Assembly: GCA_946222885.1 (NCBI GenBank)
Contig: CAMIAK010000001.1
Span: forward strand, 230,806 to 294,805
Origin: an uncultured Nesterenkonia sp.
GTDB taxonomy: Bacteria > Actinomycetota > Actinomycetes > Actinomycetales > Micrococcaceae
Direction: 5' to 3'
DNA length: 64,000 nt
This document shows positions 18,342-27,727 of the stretch, piece after piece (position 1 is the first letter of the stretch; every line of letters begins with the position of its first letter). The notes beneath the pieces are model-generated. The model was not told the origin of the DNA. It did not search any database and saw nothing but the letters and a program-made list of their open reading frames with translations. The translations under genes were made by a program, and so were the position numbers.

Positions 18342-18453
18342 GCGGCGCAACGACATCGCCGCACTCAAGGCGCTAAGTGAGCACAAGTGGACTGCAGTGA
18401 TACGGCACCACGAGCAGGAGATCAAGAAGAGCAAAGCTAAGGAGGAATGACGG

Positions 18454-19083
18454 ATGGCTCGAACCTGTGATTTCGAGAACTGCGGCAGGAAACACTACGG
18501 ACGCGGATACTGCGTGGGTCACTACAACCAGTCATGGAGGGGGCAGGAGATGAGGCCCCTCAAAGACGACATAACAGATGCCGAGCGTTTATGGTCGAAG
18601 GCCAGCAGGCCCGACGAAGCGAGCTGCTGGCAGTGGGAAGCCAGTAAATACCCGGCAGGCTACGGCCAGTTCTACACCAAAGGGGGACTCGTCCCGGCGC
18701 ATAGGTTCGCCTGGGAGCTGACCTACGGGGCAATCCCCGATGGCGCGCAAGTGGACCATGTTTGCCATAACCGCGCCTGCATCAATCCAGGCCACTTGAG
18801 GCTAGCGACCAACGCGCTAAACCTGCAGAACCGTGCAGCGTTGAACCGCAACAACACCAGCGGCCACCGTGGCGTCACATGGAAGCGCGGGTCGAAAGCG
18901 TGGGCAGCCCAAGCGGTGCTAGGCGGTAAGCGACACCACCTTGGGGTCTACGCCGACAAGGAAGAAGCGGCACGAGCGGCGACCGCCTGGCGTCGAGAAC
19001 ACATGCCCTACAGCATCAAAGACCAAGAGCCTACGGGCTCTTTTTTTATGCCAGAAACCACCAGCACAGAGGAGCAGAAATGA
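18454..19083 (+). CDS. HNH endonuclease fused to an AP2 DNA-binding domain (HNH_3-type paralog)
   Basis: CWQWEASKYPAGYG..AHRFAW..DHVCHNRACINPGHL followed by GHRGVTWKRGSKAWAAQAVLGGKRHHLGVY (AP2-like). Confidence 0.8.
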   Translation: MARTCDFENCGRKHYGRGYCVGHYNQSWRGQEMRPLKDDITDAERLWSKASRPDEASCWQWEASKYPAGYGQFYTKGGLVPAHRFAWELTYGAIPDGAQVDHVCHNRACINPGHLRLATNALNLQNRAALNRNNTSGHRGVTWKRGSKAWAAQAVLGGKRHHLGVYADKEEAARAATAWRREHMPYSIKDQEPTGSFFMPETTSTEEQK

Positions 19084-19231
19084 GCGACGACGGGACCCGC
19101 GCCCTGGAACGCATCGCAGACGCACTGGAACTACAGGCCCTCACCGCCCTGACACGTGAGCTGGTGAGCGGAGAGCGGCTGACTCACGTGGGTCACCGCA
19201 TCGACCAGCTCATCGGATACAAGGAGGACAA

Positions 19232-19426
19232 ATGAGCACCAGCTACATCCTTGCCCTGGGAGTCATCTACGCCTTTAGTGCGATTCAGTACCTCCTCGTC
19301 GTCCACCTGGACCGAGAAGTGAAGGAGATGAGGGGGCAGCATGACCGGGCAATGGGTGAGCTGATCCAGGCCAAGGCGCTACTTGCCAAGGCGACCATCC
19401 AAATGAAGAAAGGGGAAGGCGCATGA
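19232..19426 (+). CDS. small membrane protein (64 aa)
   Basis: TM segment ILALGVIYAFSAIQYLLVV. Confidence 0.4.
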   Translation: MSTSYILALGVIYAFSAIQYLLVVHLDREVKEMRGQHDRAMGELIQAKALLAKATIQMKKGEGA

Positions 19427-19761
19427 CCTATCCGAAGCCAGAAAGAGGACGCATGACACCGCACGAAGCAGAGGCCCTGGAATGGTCGCTCGTGAACCTG
19501 AATGAGGCGGCCCACCAGCTCCGGTGCGCCCGCATCGCAAGCGACGGCCCCGACGTGATCGAGGAGCTGGAGGGAGAGCTGCACGACGCCCACGGTGACT
19601 TCATCGGTAAGACCCGCATCTACACCACGCCCGCTGATGAGTACCCTCACGTACTCCTGGCGCTGGCGCGAGAGCTGGCTCAAGCCCACGCGCAGGGTGA
19701 GGCCACATACCACTACGGGGCCGTGCTCGGAGCAATCCGAGCCATGAAGGAGCGCCCATGA
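19423..19761 (+). CDS. hypothetical protein
   Basis: 112 aa, coupled. Confidence 0.45.
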   Translation: MTYPKPERGRMTPHEAEALEWSLVNLNEAAHQLRCARIASDGPDVIEELEGELHDAHGDFIGKTRIYTTPADEYPHVLLALARELAQAHAQGEATYHYGAVLGAIRAMKERP

Positions 19762-19863
19762 TCGAAATCATCATCCAGCCCGCCTAACCACAGCACCAGC
19801 ACACCCCAGCCCCTGGAAGCGCCACACAAGCGCACAGGGGCATTTCTATACCCAAGGAGAGAC

Positions 19864-20343
19864 ATGCCACGCACGACAGAGCAGAAGCTCGAAGCCGCCC
19901 GGAAGCGTCAAGCCGCAGCCGACGCAGCTTGGGACCGCACCGGACCGCAGACAAGAGACCCCGGCGCGCTGTCCGGAATCAAAGGCTACAACGACACCCC
20001 AGACCGAATCGCACGGAACATCAGCCGGACCACAAAGGCGGCACGTGAGGGAGTAGAAGCGGCCGAGAGCGTGAAGCGCCTGGAGCACAAGCTCGCCTCA
20101 GAGAAGAAGAACGCCGAGATCCGAGAGAACGCAACCCTCGAAGTAGCGCTCGAAGACCTCAAGGCAGGCGACCTCATCCGCTACGAGAACTACGGCCACC
20201 CCCGCAACGTGGGCCGGGTCCTCCGCGTCAACCAGAAAACAATCACCATCGACGCACCAGAACCCTACGACAAGCCCAAGATCGACAAGGCCCGCATCAT
20301 CGCCACCTCCCGACCGGCGAAGAAGGAGCCCGACGATGAGTGA
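19864..20343 (+). CDS. hypothetical protein
   Basis: 159 aa; RBS AAGGAGAG upstream. Confidence 0.5.
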   Translation: MPRTTEQKLEAARKRQAAADAAWDRTGPQTRDPGALSGIKGYNDTPDRIARNISRTTKAAREGVEAAESVKRLEHKLASEKKNAEIRENATLEVALEDLKAGDLIRYENYGHPRNVGRVLRVNQKTITIDAPEPYDKPKIDKARIIATSRPAKKEPDDE

Positions 20344-20550
20344 CCGCCGCTGTGAACACGACACCACCACCAGCACCATCCGCGACACCGACCAGGACGG
20401 CCAGCCCATCGAGTACCAGGTGTGCGACCGGTGCGACTGTGCGGTGGAGGCCCCATGAGCATCCTCTTCACCCTCGCCATCATCGGCACAGCATGGGCCA
20501 TCGTCGCCGGATGGTCCGCACTTATCAAGCGCATCTTGAAGGAGAAATGA

Positions 20551-21147
20551 ATGACCCTGCGGGACCACATCCACCAGCTCATTCGACCACACGCCACACG
20601 CCGACCAGACGGCCAATTCATCAAGCAGCCAGCACTGCTCGATCAGCTAGCAGGAGCCGTCAAGACCAGCAGCGGAGGACGCAGAGACAGCTCCGAAACA
20701 CCACTGCCCATCAATGCCGCAGCCATCGACCTCTGGAAGAACATCGACCAGACCCTGCGCGATGAAGAGCAAGAACGTGCCGGGACCATGCGAGGCACAC
20801 CCGGCGGCATCCTCCAACGCTGGGAGAACGAGCAGCGAGACGAGTGGACCGGCCACCTCGCACACGTCACCCTCGACATCATCGACCAGATCACTCAGCT
20901 CATCGACCCGCCGCCCAAGCGTCGAAAGCTCCGCAAGCCCTGCCCCGCCTGCGGAGAGGAGTGGGACTACACCGCCGACGGAGACCGGGAGCCCTGCCTC
21001 ACCGCCGGCACCCACGACGAGCACGGCGCCATGCTCAAGCCCGCCGACTACGACGTCTCCTGTTCAGCGTGCGGCGCCGAGTGGCGCGGCCAGCAGCTCA
21101 CCTGGGTGCTGCAGGTCATCGCGGACACGCCCCTCCAGAAGGCCTAG
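20551..21147 (+). CDS. hypothetical protein with C-terminal CxxC pairs
   Basis: 198 aa; CPACGEEW...CSACGAEW. Confidence 0.5.
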   Translation: MTLRDHIHQLIRPHATRRPDGQFIKQPALLDQLAGAVKTSSGGRRDSSETPLPINAAAIDLWKNIDQTLRDEEQERAGTMRGTPGGILQRWENEQRDEWTGHLAHVTLDIIDQITQLIDPPPKRRKLRKPCPACGEEWDYTADGDREPCLTAGTHDEHGAMLKPADYDVSCSACGAEWRGQQLTWVLQVIADTPLQKA

Positions 21148-21204
21148 AGGCTTCACGGTTCATGTGTTAACCTGGAGTCACCAGGCATACGTGTCTTCAA
21201 AACC

Positions 21205-21237
21205 AAGCCCCAGCCACACCGGCGGGGCTTTTCTTAT
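21205..21237 (+). terminator. rho-independent terminator (end of early operon)
   Basis: AAGCCCC(agccacaccggc)GGGGCTT followed by TTCTTAT; a second GAGCCCCGC..GCGGGGCTC hairpin at 21271-21310. Confidence 0.6.
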
Positions 21238-21412
21238 GCCCGGCATCAACCACCGGGCATGTGGGCACCGGCTTGAGCCCCGCTTTGAATCCCCCGTAAA
21301 AGCGCGGGGCTCGCCGGTACCCACCATCTCCACCCCGCGTCGCAGCCATGCCAAGCCGGTGACCACACCCGGCACGCATGGGGCGCGGGGCAAGACCACA
21401 GGAGGAAGCACG

Positions 21413-21712
21413 ATGGCCTGGTCCACATCCGACCGCAGGCATCGACTGCCATCCGACTGGCCCGACCTCAAGGCCCGAGTCAAGGCCCGAGCCCGAGGCC
21501 GGTGCGAGGCCGACCGACATGATCCCCGGTGCGATGGCACAGGCCACGACGCAGACCACATCCAGCCAGGCGACGACCACACACTCGAGAACCTGCAGTG
21601 GCTCAACACCCACTGCCACCGAGCCAAGACAGCACGCGAGAGTGCAGCACGCAACACAGCAGCAGCACAGCTGCGCAAGCGACCAGCAGAGTCGCATCCA
21701 GGACGACTCTAG
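21413..21712 (+). CDS. HNH endonuclease (small cos/packaging-associated type)
   Basis: RBS GGAGGAAG; motif GRCEADRHDPRCDGTGHDADHIQP...NLQWLNTHCH; the 20714..21712 ORF in the track is an over-extension in this frame. Confidence 0.8.
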   Translation: MAWSTSDRRHRLPSDWPDLKARVKARARGRCEADRHDPRCDGTGHDADHIQPGDDHTLENLQWLNTHCHRAKTARESAARNTAAAQLRKRPAESHPGRL

Positions 21713-21722
21713 GAGGCACGCC

Positions 21723-21947
21723 ATGCCCAGCATCCAGCTGCTACGATCCGTCGGAGGAAGGCAGAAGGATCAGATCATCAGCGTTGGTCAAGGACAAGCT
21801 GAGCATCTGATCGCCAATGGATATGCCAAGGCAGTCGAGGAGCCAGAGCCTGAGTCGAAGCCCGAACCGAAGCGACGCACTCGAGCACGGAAGGCCCAAG
21901 GGGGTGGGGGTGACTCCCCCTCGAAGGAGCCCACCACCGCCGGATAG
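21723..21947 (+). CDS. hypothetical protein (74 aa)
   Basis: In-frame ATG within ORF 21378..21947; basic/Pro-rich C-terminus. Confidence 0.4.
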   Translation: MPSIQLLRSVGGRQKDQIISVGQGQAEHLIANGYAKAVEEPEPESKPEPKRRTRARKAQGGGGDSPSKEPTTAG

Positions 21948-22080
21948 CATTCCCCGTTATTCGTTGGCATTTGATTTCATTTGCCGCCATTAAATGACAC
22001 TTGCTAACAACCAAAACGCCGTGCTTGCCGTAGTTCCCTGAGATTCCGCTGATTATTCGTAACGCTGATATACTTGTCTC

Positions 22081-22635
22081 ATGAACAAGAGTTGCGAGTC
22101 GTGCGGTTTGGGGCTGTTGATTGCCAGGGCCGATGCCAGGTTCTGCTCGGTCTCCTGCAAGCAGAGGGCGTACCGGAAGCGCAAAAAACAAGAGACGGTC
22201 ATCCCGGCCGAAATGCGCAACCGGGATCGCTGGGTGCGCTGGATTCTAAAGGGGCGCGGTGGGCGGATGACCAAGATCCCCGTTCAGGTGTCAGGTCGCA
22301 ACGCTTCTTCAGTTGACCCCTCAACATGGTCTGATTTTCGGTCAGCCGCCGAGTCCAGCATTGGCCGGGGCATGGGGTTCATGCTTGGCGATGGCATTGG
22401 GTGCTTCGACTTGGACCACTGCTTTACTGACGGTGAGCTTGCGGATTGGGCGCAAGAGCGGCTTGACGCTGTAGAAGATCCGTTATTTGTGGAAGTCTCG
22501 CAGTCCGGCGAGGGGTTGCATATTTTCTGCTGGATGGACGAACAGCCGGCCAACGCTCGAAGGGCGCACCCTGGCGTCGAGGTTTATTCGCAGAAGCGCT
22601 TTATCGCCATGACGGGGGACCGCTATGGCGGATGA
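22081..22635 (+). CDS. Zn-ribbon plus Prim-Pol (archaeo-eukaryotic primase, PF09250-like) domain protein
   Basis: CESCG..CSVSC ribbon, then RWVRWIL..KIPV..DPSTWSDF.., GFMLGDGIGCFDLDHCF (DxD), SQSGEGLHIFCW (sGxGxH), VEVYSQKRFIAMTGD; lower-GC codon usage. Confidence 0.55.
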   Translation: MNKSCESCGLGLLIARADARFCSVSCKQRAYRKRKKQETVIPAEMRNRDRWVRWILKGRGGRMTKIPVQVSGRNASSVDPSTWSDFRSAAESSIGRGMGFMLGDGIGCFDLDHCFTDGELADWAQERLDAVEDPLFVEVSQSGEGLHIFCWMDEQPANARRAHPGVEVYSQKRFIAMTGDRYGG

Positions 22636-23380
22636 GCAGGCATTTATCCGGGTGGCGATGTGCGGTCATGTTTATGAGTCGCCCCATCGGAGCGGCAGGG
22701 TTCGGCGGTTCGGTGAGTGCGATTGCAGCGAGCAACCGAAGGTGAGCAGCACGTTTCAGCAGGAGTGCTTGCGCTGCGGTGAGAGCTTCTGGTGGAAGAA
22801 ATATCGGGAGTATTGCTCAGAGCGGTGTCGGAGAACCATAGAACGACGCCGCAAGCTGGGGGTTCCAGTGCGAGACCGAGTGCCAGAGTGCGAGCGGTGC
22901 AAGCAGCCTATAGAGGACGCTTACCGAGTAAGCCAGGTCCGGTGTGCCGGTTGCCGAGGCAAAGAGACTCCATTTCTGGAAGACCGCACATGCCCGACCT
23001 GTGGCGGGATTTTCACTCCCACCAGGAGGAAACAGCGCTCTTGCTCAAACCGATGTGCCCAGAAGTGGTATAAGAAGAACGTTCGCGTTCCTGAGCCGTG
23101 GGATGATCGACGCCGCGCGAACTACCAGAAGCGGCGGGCACGCAAGCTTGAGCTTCCATCCGAGGACATACGGCCCATAAAGATATATGAGCGCGATGGC
23201 TGGATGTGTGGGATCTGCGAGCACCCCGTTGACCCCGAGATGAAGTGGCCCGATCCTCGGTCGCCATCCCTGGACCACGTGAAGCCTCTGTCTAAGGGCG
23301 GGCATCATATTGAATCAAACGTGCAGCTTGCTCATCTTGAATGCAATGTCTCGAAGGGAGACAGAGTTTTAGCCGCATAG
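22625..23380 (+). CDS. multi-zinc-ribbon protein with C-terminal HNH nuclease domain
   Basis: Repeated CxxC pairs; C-terminus DGWMCGICEHPVD..SLDHVKPLSKGGHH..NVQLAHLECNVSKGDR. Confidence 0.7.
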   Translation: MADEQAFIRVAMCGHVYESPHRSGRVRRFGECDCSEQPKVSSTFQQECLRCGESFWWKKYREYCSERCRRTIERRRKLGVPVRDRVPECERCKQPIEDAYRVSQVRCAGCRGKETPFLEDRTCPTCGGIFTPTRRKQRSCSNRCAQKWYKKNVRVPEPWDDRRRANYQKRRARKLELPSEDIRPIKIYERDGWMCGICEHPVDPEMKWPDPRSPSLDHVKPLSKGGHHIESNVQLAHLECNVSKGDRVLAA

Positions 23381-23392
23381 CCCCTGGAGGGC

Positions 23393-23776
23393 GTGACATC
23401 CCTGGAGGATACCGTGGCATCGAAGCCGAAGGCACCAAAGAACCTGCGTGAGCGAGGTCGGCGCACCTGGGACAACGTGACTAGCAAGTACGAGTTGCGT
23501 TTCGATGAGCTGGACATCCTGGAGGACATCTGCCGGGAGATTGACATGATCGACTCCCTAGAAGAGGCCCTTGAAGGAGCGCCTAAAACCGTACGTGGAT
23601 CACAGGGCCAGGAAGTCGCCAACCCCCTCATCACTGAGCTGCGCCAACATCGCTCCACCAAAAAGGCGCTTTGGGGTGCGATAAAATTGCCCGAAGAGAA
23701 CAATGTTCCAGCCGTGAACCAACAGCGTGATGCCATTCAGTCTCGCTGGGCGGCTGCTCATGGCGCGGTCGCGTAA
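23393..23776 (+). CDS. terminase small subunit (P27-family-like)
   Basis: KYELRFDELDILEDICREIDMID pattern; immediately upstream of and overlapping terL. Confidence 0.65.
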   Translation: MTSLEDTVASKPKAPKNLRERGRRTWDNVTSKYELRFDELDILEDICREIDMIDSLEEALEGAPKTVRGSQGQEVANPLITELRQHRSTKKALWGAIKLPEENNVPAVNQQRDAIQSRWAAAHGAVA

Positions 23777-25535
23777 TGCCGCCGCTGCCTATCTGCCGAA
23801 CCGCACTGACGAAGCTGAGGAGATCAAGGCCTGGTATCGCCAGGAGCTATCAGAGACGCTCCCTCAGATCGGGCTGAAGTATGAGCCGGTCAAGTGCGGT
23901 CCGACGTGGCAGCACGACGGATCCTCATGGGTGCTTCCTCGCTGGTCCCTGGGATGGGAGGCGCTTGCCTTCGCTGGTCAGCACCTGACCCATAAGGGCA
24001 AGCCGTGGAAGTTCACTATGGAGCAGGCGCGCTTCCTGCTGTGGTTCTACTCGGTGGATGAGCATGGCGTCTTCGACTATCACTCCGCTGTCCTGCAACG
24101 CCTGAAGGGCTGGGGCAAGGACCCCTTCGCCGCGGTACTGTCCGCGTCGGTTCTTGTCGGTCCTCTCGAGTTCGATCACTGGGGTGCGGATGATCAGCCG
24201 GTGGGACGACAGGTCAGCGACTCTTGGGTGCAGATTGCGGCTGTTTCGCTGGATCAGACGAAGAACACGATGAAGATCTTCCCTGGCCTTATCCCGGCGG
24301 AGACTCGGCGGCTCTTCGGGATCCAGATCGGCAAGCAGAACGTCTGGGCTCGTGGTGATGAGGCCCAGATCGAGGCCGTGACTGCCTCCCCGATGGCTAT
24401 TGAGGGCGGGCGTCCGAAGCTGATCATCCGGGCGGAGACCCAGAATTGGAACTCCTCCAATGGTGGCCATGACATGGCGGGTGCCATGGAGGGCAACGCG
24501 GCGAAGGCTGAGATGGGCACGCCGGCTCGGATCTTGGACATCTGCAACGCTTACCGGCCTGGTGAGGATTCGGTAGGGCAGCAGCAGCGTGAGGCCTGGG
24601 AGGAGTCGCAGGGCGAGGATGCCAAGACTGCCGATTTCGGTCTCATGTATGACTCTCTGGAGGCTCCCCCCGAGGCGGCGCTGACGAAGGATGATGCCCC
24701 GGAGGTCGTAGAGGCGGTCCGCGGTGACTCGGTGTGGCTCGACGCTAAGGGTCGCATCCTGAACTCGATCCTGAATCCGGCGAACAGCCCGGCGGAGTCG
24801 CGGCGCAAGTGGTACAACCAGGTGGTTGCCGCCGAGGATGCGTGGACGGAGCCACTGGAGTTTGACCCGCTCAAGGACACGGAGAAGGCGGTCGAGCCCA
24901 ACGAGGAGGTCACTCTCTTCCTGGACTGCGCGAAAACCGACGACGCCACGGCTCTTGTCGGGTGCCGCATGTCGGATGGACATGTCTTCACAGTGGATAT
25001 GTGGCAGCGCCCACCGGGCAAGCGCGGCGACGGATGGGTGGTGCCGCGCAACGCGGTCGATCAGCGGATCCGCGAGTGCCTGGACAAGTACCGGGTGGTC
25101 GGATTCTTCGGAGACCCGGCTCACGCCTTGGATGACGAGACGATGGACCGCTTTTGGGATCCGCTCTTCTCTGAATGGGACCTACTGGTGCGCCGCAAGG
25201 TCAAGGTCTGGGCGTCGGGAAAGACGACCGGGCGCGACTCCTCCGCGGTCATGTTCGACATGTCGGCCCGCGACAATGCACGGCGCTTCGCTGAGGCCGC
25301 GGCCTTCACGCTCGAGGAGATCAAGTCAGGCTCCTTCACCTGGGACGGCGACGCCAGACTCCGCAAACACGTGCTCAACGCACGCCGGTATCCGGTCCAG
25401 GGGTATGTGTCCATTGCCAAGGAATCCAGGGAATCCAAGAAGAAGGTTGACCTCGCGGTCGCCATGATCGGCGCTCGAATGGTCCGCCGGCAGGTGCTCA
25501 CACAAGGGAAGAAGAGAGGTGGCGGCGTATGGTGA
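23727..25535 (+). CDS. terminase large subunit
   Basis: 602 aa; Walker-A-like GWGKDPFAAVL and a C-terminal nuclease region; true start may be the ATG at 23760. Confidence 0.85.
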   Translation: MMPFSLAGRLLMARSRNAAAAYLPNRTDEAEEIKAWYRQELSETLPQIGLKYEPVKCGPTWQHDGSSWVLPRWSLGWEALAFAGQHLTHKGKPWKFTMEQARFLLWFYSVDEHGVFDYHSAVLQRLKGWGKDPFAAVLSASVLVGPLEFDHWGADDQPVGRQVSDSWVQIAAVSLDQTKNTMKIFPGLIPAETRRLFGIQIGKQNVWARGDEAQIEAVTASPMAIEGGRPKLIIRAETQNWNSSNGGHDMAGAMEGNAAKAEMGTPARILDICNAYRPGEDSVGQQQREAWEESQGEDAKTADFGLMYDSLEAPPEAALTKDDAPEVVEAVRGDSVWLDAKGRILNSILNPANSPAESRRKWYNQVVAAEDAWTEPLEFDPLKDTEKAVEPNEEVTLFLDCAKTDDATALVGCRMSDGHVFTVDMWQRPPGKRGDGWVVPRNAVDQRIRECLDKYRVVGFFGDPAHALDDETMDRFWDPLFSEWDLLVRRKVKVWASGKTTGRDSSAVMFDMSARDNARRFAEAAAFTLEEIKSGSFTWDGDARLRKHVLNARRYPVQGYVSIAKESRESKKKVDLAVAMIGARMVRRQVLTQGKKRGGGVW

Positions 25536-26848
25536 TGCGGGCTAGTGCCGTCATCGAGATGGCCCAGGACATGCTCATCCCAGAGCACAATCAGGTCAAG
25601 CGGGAGCTGGATCGGATTGACGGCTGGTGGCACATCAAGCCTGAGAAGACTCATCTTCCCAATGAGGCCAGCCGGGAGCACAAGGAGCTTCGTGACCTTT
25701 CTGAGGACCGCTGGCTATCCTTGGTGGTCACCACCGTGGCGCAGCAGCTCGCCGTAGAGGCAGTGCGCTCTACCCGTGACGGAGCCCAGGTCGATGCCAT
25801 CTGGAGGCCCTGGCAGCGCAACCGGATGAAGTCTCGGCAGAAGGCTATCCACCACGCCGCCATCGGCTATGGACACGCTTATGCGACCGTGAAGCCCGGT
25901 GATACCGGAGCGGTCATCCGTGGCCGCTCTCCCCGTGAGGTGTACGCGGTCTACGCTGACGCCGCAGTCGATGAGTATCCGATGCACTATCTGGACACTC
26001 GCAATGGCCTGGTGGTCACCGACGAGGATGCCGATTACTACCTCCACGACGACCACGGCCGGCTCCGGGTCATAGAGACTCGCATCCACGGCGTGGGTGT
26101 GCCTCCACTGATCCGGTACTCCAACAACATCGACCTGGAGGGACGCACCCCCGGTGAAGTGGAGCCGTACATCGCCACGGCGAAGCGGATCAACAAAACC
26201 ACCTATGACCGGATGCTGGTCCAGCACCATGAGTCCTGGAAGATCCGCACCGCCACCGGCCTGGATGAGCCGGGATCCGAAGAGGAGAACGAGCTCCGGA
26301 AGATGCTCCTACGCCAGGGCGACATCCTCACTGGCGGGGAGGGCGTGGAGTTCGGCACCCTGGACGGCACGGACCCCAAGGGCTTCATTGAAGCTAAGGA
26401 TGATGACGTCAAGACCCTTGCGGCGACTTCTCAGACTCCTTCCCATGCCCTCACCGGTGACATCATCAACTTGTCTGCTGACGCCATCACCGAGGCCCGC
26501 TCAATGCTGAACCTCAAGGCAGGGGAGCGCAAGCTTGCATTCGGAGACTCGCACTGCCAGGCGCTCCGCCTTGCGGCTCACATAGAGGGGCGCAAGGAAG
26601 ACGCGGCAGACTTCAGCCTGGAAATCCAATGGGCTGACCTTGAGTCCCGCTCCATGAACCAGGCCGCTGATTCCCTCGGCAAGATCTCCCAGATGCTGGA
26701 AGTACCGCCAGAGCTTCTGTGGGACCGCATCCCCTCGGTGACGGCCGATGAGGCGAAGATGTGGCGAGACCACCGCCAGAAGAACCCATCTGACCAGCAG
26801 ATGCTGGCGGCAGCACTGAGGGCTCAGGCCAGTGGCGCTGACGGATGA
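25529..26848 (+). CDS. portal protein
   Basis: 439 aa directly after terL; position and size typical of a portal. Confidence 0.75.
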   Translation: MVMRASAVIEMAQDMLIPEHNQVKRELDRIDGWWHIKPEKTHLPNEASREHKELRDLSEDRWLSLVVTTVAQQLAVEAVRSTRDGAQVDAIWRPWQRNRMKSRQKAIHHAAIGYGHAYATVKPGDTGAVIRGRSPREVYAVYADAAVDEYPMHYLDTRNGLVVTDEDADYYLHDDHGRLRVIETRIHGVGVPPLIRYSNNIDLEGRTPGEVEPYIATAKRINKTTYDRMLVQHHESWKIRTATGLDEPGSEEENELRKMLLRQGDILTGGEGVEFGTLDGTDPKGFIEAKDDDVKTLAATSQTPSHALTGDIINLSADAITEARSMLNLKAGERKLAFGDSHCQALRLAAHIEGRKEDAADFSLEIQWADLESRSMNQAADSLGKISQMLEVPPELLWDRIPSVTADEAKMWRDHRQKNPSDQQMLAAALRAQASGADG

Positions 26849-27671
26849 AGGCCGACGCCTCACCGAGGAACACCGTCTCGCCCAGCTGGCGGTCGGGGCG
26901 AACGCGGCGATCATCTCTGAGTCACTCTGGGACATGCTCGACCCCTACGACCTCGACGGCAGCCGTCAAGCCTGGATTGCGTCATCCCTGATCGCCGCCC
27001 AGCTGCAGTTCGGGCAGTCCACCAGCCTGGCCGAGACCTACGTGTCCTCCTACCAGGCGGTGGAGCTTCCTGGGGCCAATGAGATCGTCATCCGGCCATA
27101 CTTTAGGCCGGAGCGCGTGGCTGAGGATCTGGACCTCGCGGGGCCACAGTACATCAAGGCGTTGGTGCGCGATCAGGGCCTGACTCCAGAGCAGGCGCAT
27201 TCTGCCGCTCGGTCCCGCATGGTCGGTGTCTCTCGCAAGCACGCCATGAGCGGCGGCAGGGGCCTGATCGAGAACACTAACAATCAGGACCGCCGGGCCA
27301 TCGGGTACCGCAGAGTGACAGATGGTGACCCGTGCACCTTCTGCGCGATGCTCGCCTCCCGTGGCGCCCATTTTGGTACTCAGCGTGCTCACTCGGTGTA
27401 CAGGTCGGAGCGGACAGCTCTGGTGCGCAGCTCTGATGGAGGGAAATTCCATCTGCACTGCGCGTGCGCCACCGAGATCGTCTACGGCCACTGGGAGCCC
27501 AATGAGCGCGAACAGGTCTACGTGGACGCCTATGAGCGTGCTGCTCGGCAGCTCGACCAATCAGGCAAGCCCCGCACACAGAGTGAAGTCCTCTCGCTGA
27601 TGCGCGCTGATGATCAGGCGAACTTCCGTGACGGCCTGACGCGCCGCCGTAATTCTCCCGAGTCTGACTGA
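26832..27671 (+). CDS. head morphogenesis protein (MuF/SPP1 gp7-like minor capsid protein)
   Basis: GDPCTFCAMLASRG motif region; follows the portal. Confidence 0.7.
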   Translation: MALTDEGRRLTEEHRLAQLAVGANAAIISESLWDMLDPYDLDGSRQAWIASSLIAAQLQFGQSTSLAETYVSSYQAVELPGANEIVIRPYFRPERVAEDLDLAGPQYIKALVRDQGLTPEQAHSAARSRMVGVSRKHAMSGGRGLIENTNNQDRRAIGYRRVTDGDPCTFCAMLASRGAHFGTQRAHSVYRSERTALVRSSDGGKFHLHCACATEIVYGHWEPNEREQVYVDAYERAARQLDQSGKPRTQSEVLSLMRADDQANFRDGLTRRRNSPESD

Positions 27672-27727
27672 CTGCGGGTTATCCACCGCGCCCCAGGAGG
27701 CGCTCTATCTGTACCCCTGGAGGGTCG

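Noticed and set aside
20714-21712. 332-aa ORF suggesting a large protein ending at 21712
   Set aside because: Only the last 99 codons, from the ATG at 21413 with its GGAGGAAG RBS, look like a protein: an HNH endonuclease. The upstream part crosses two terminator hairpins and the 20551..21147 gene in another frame.
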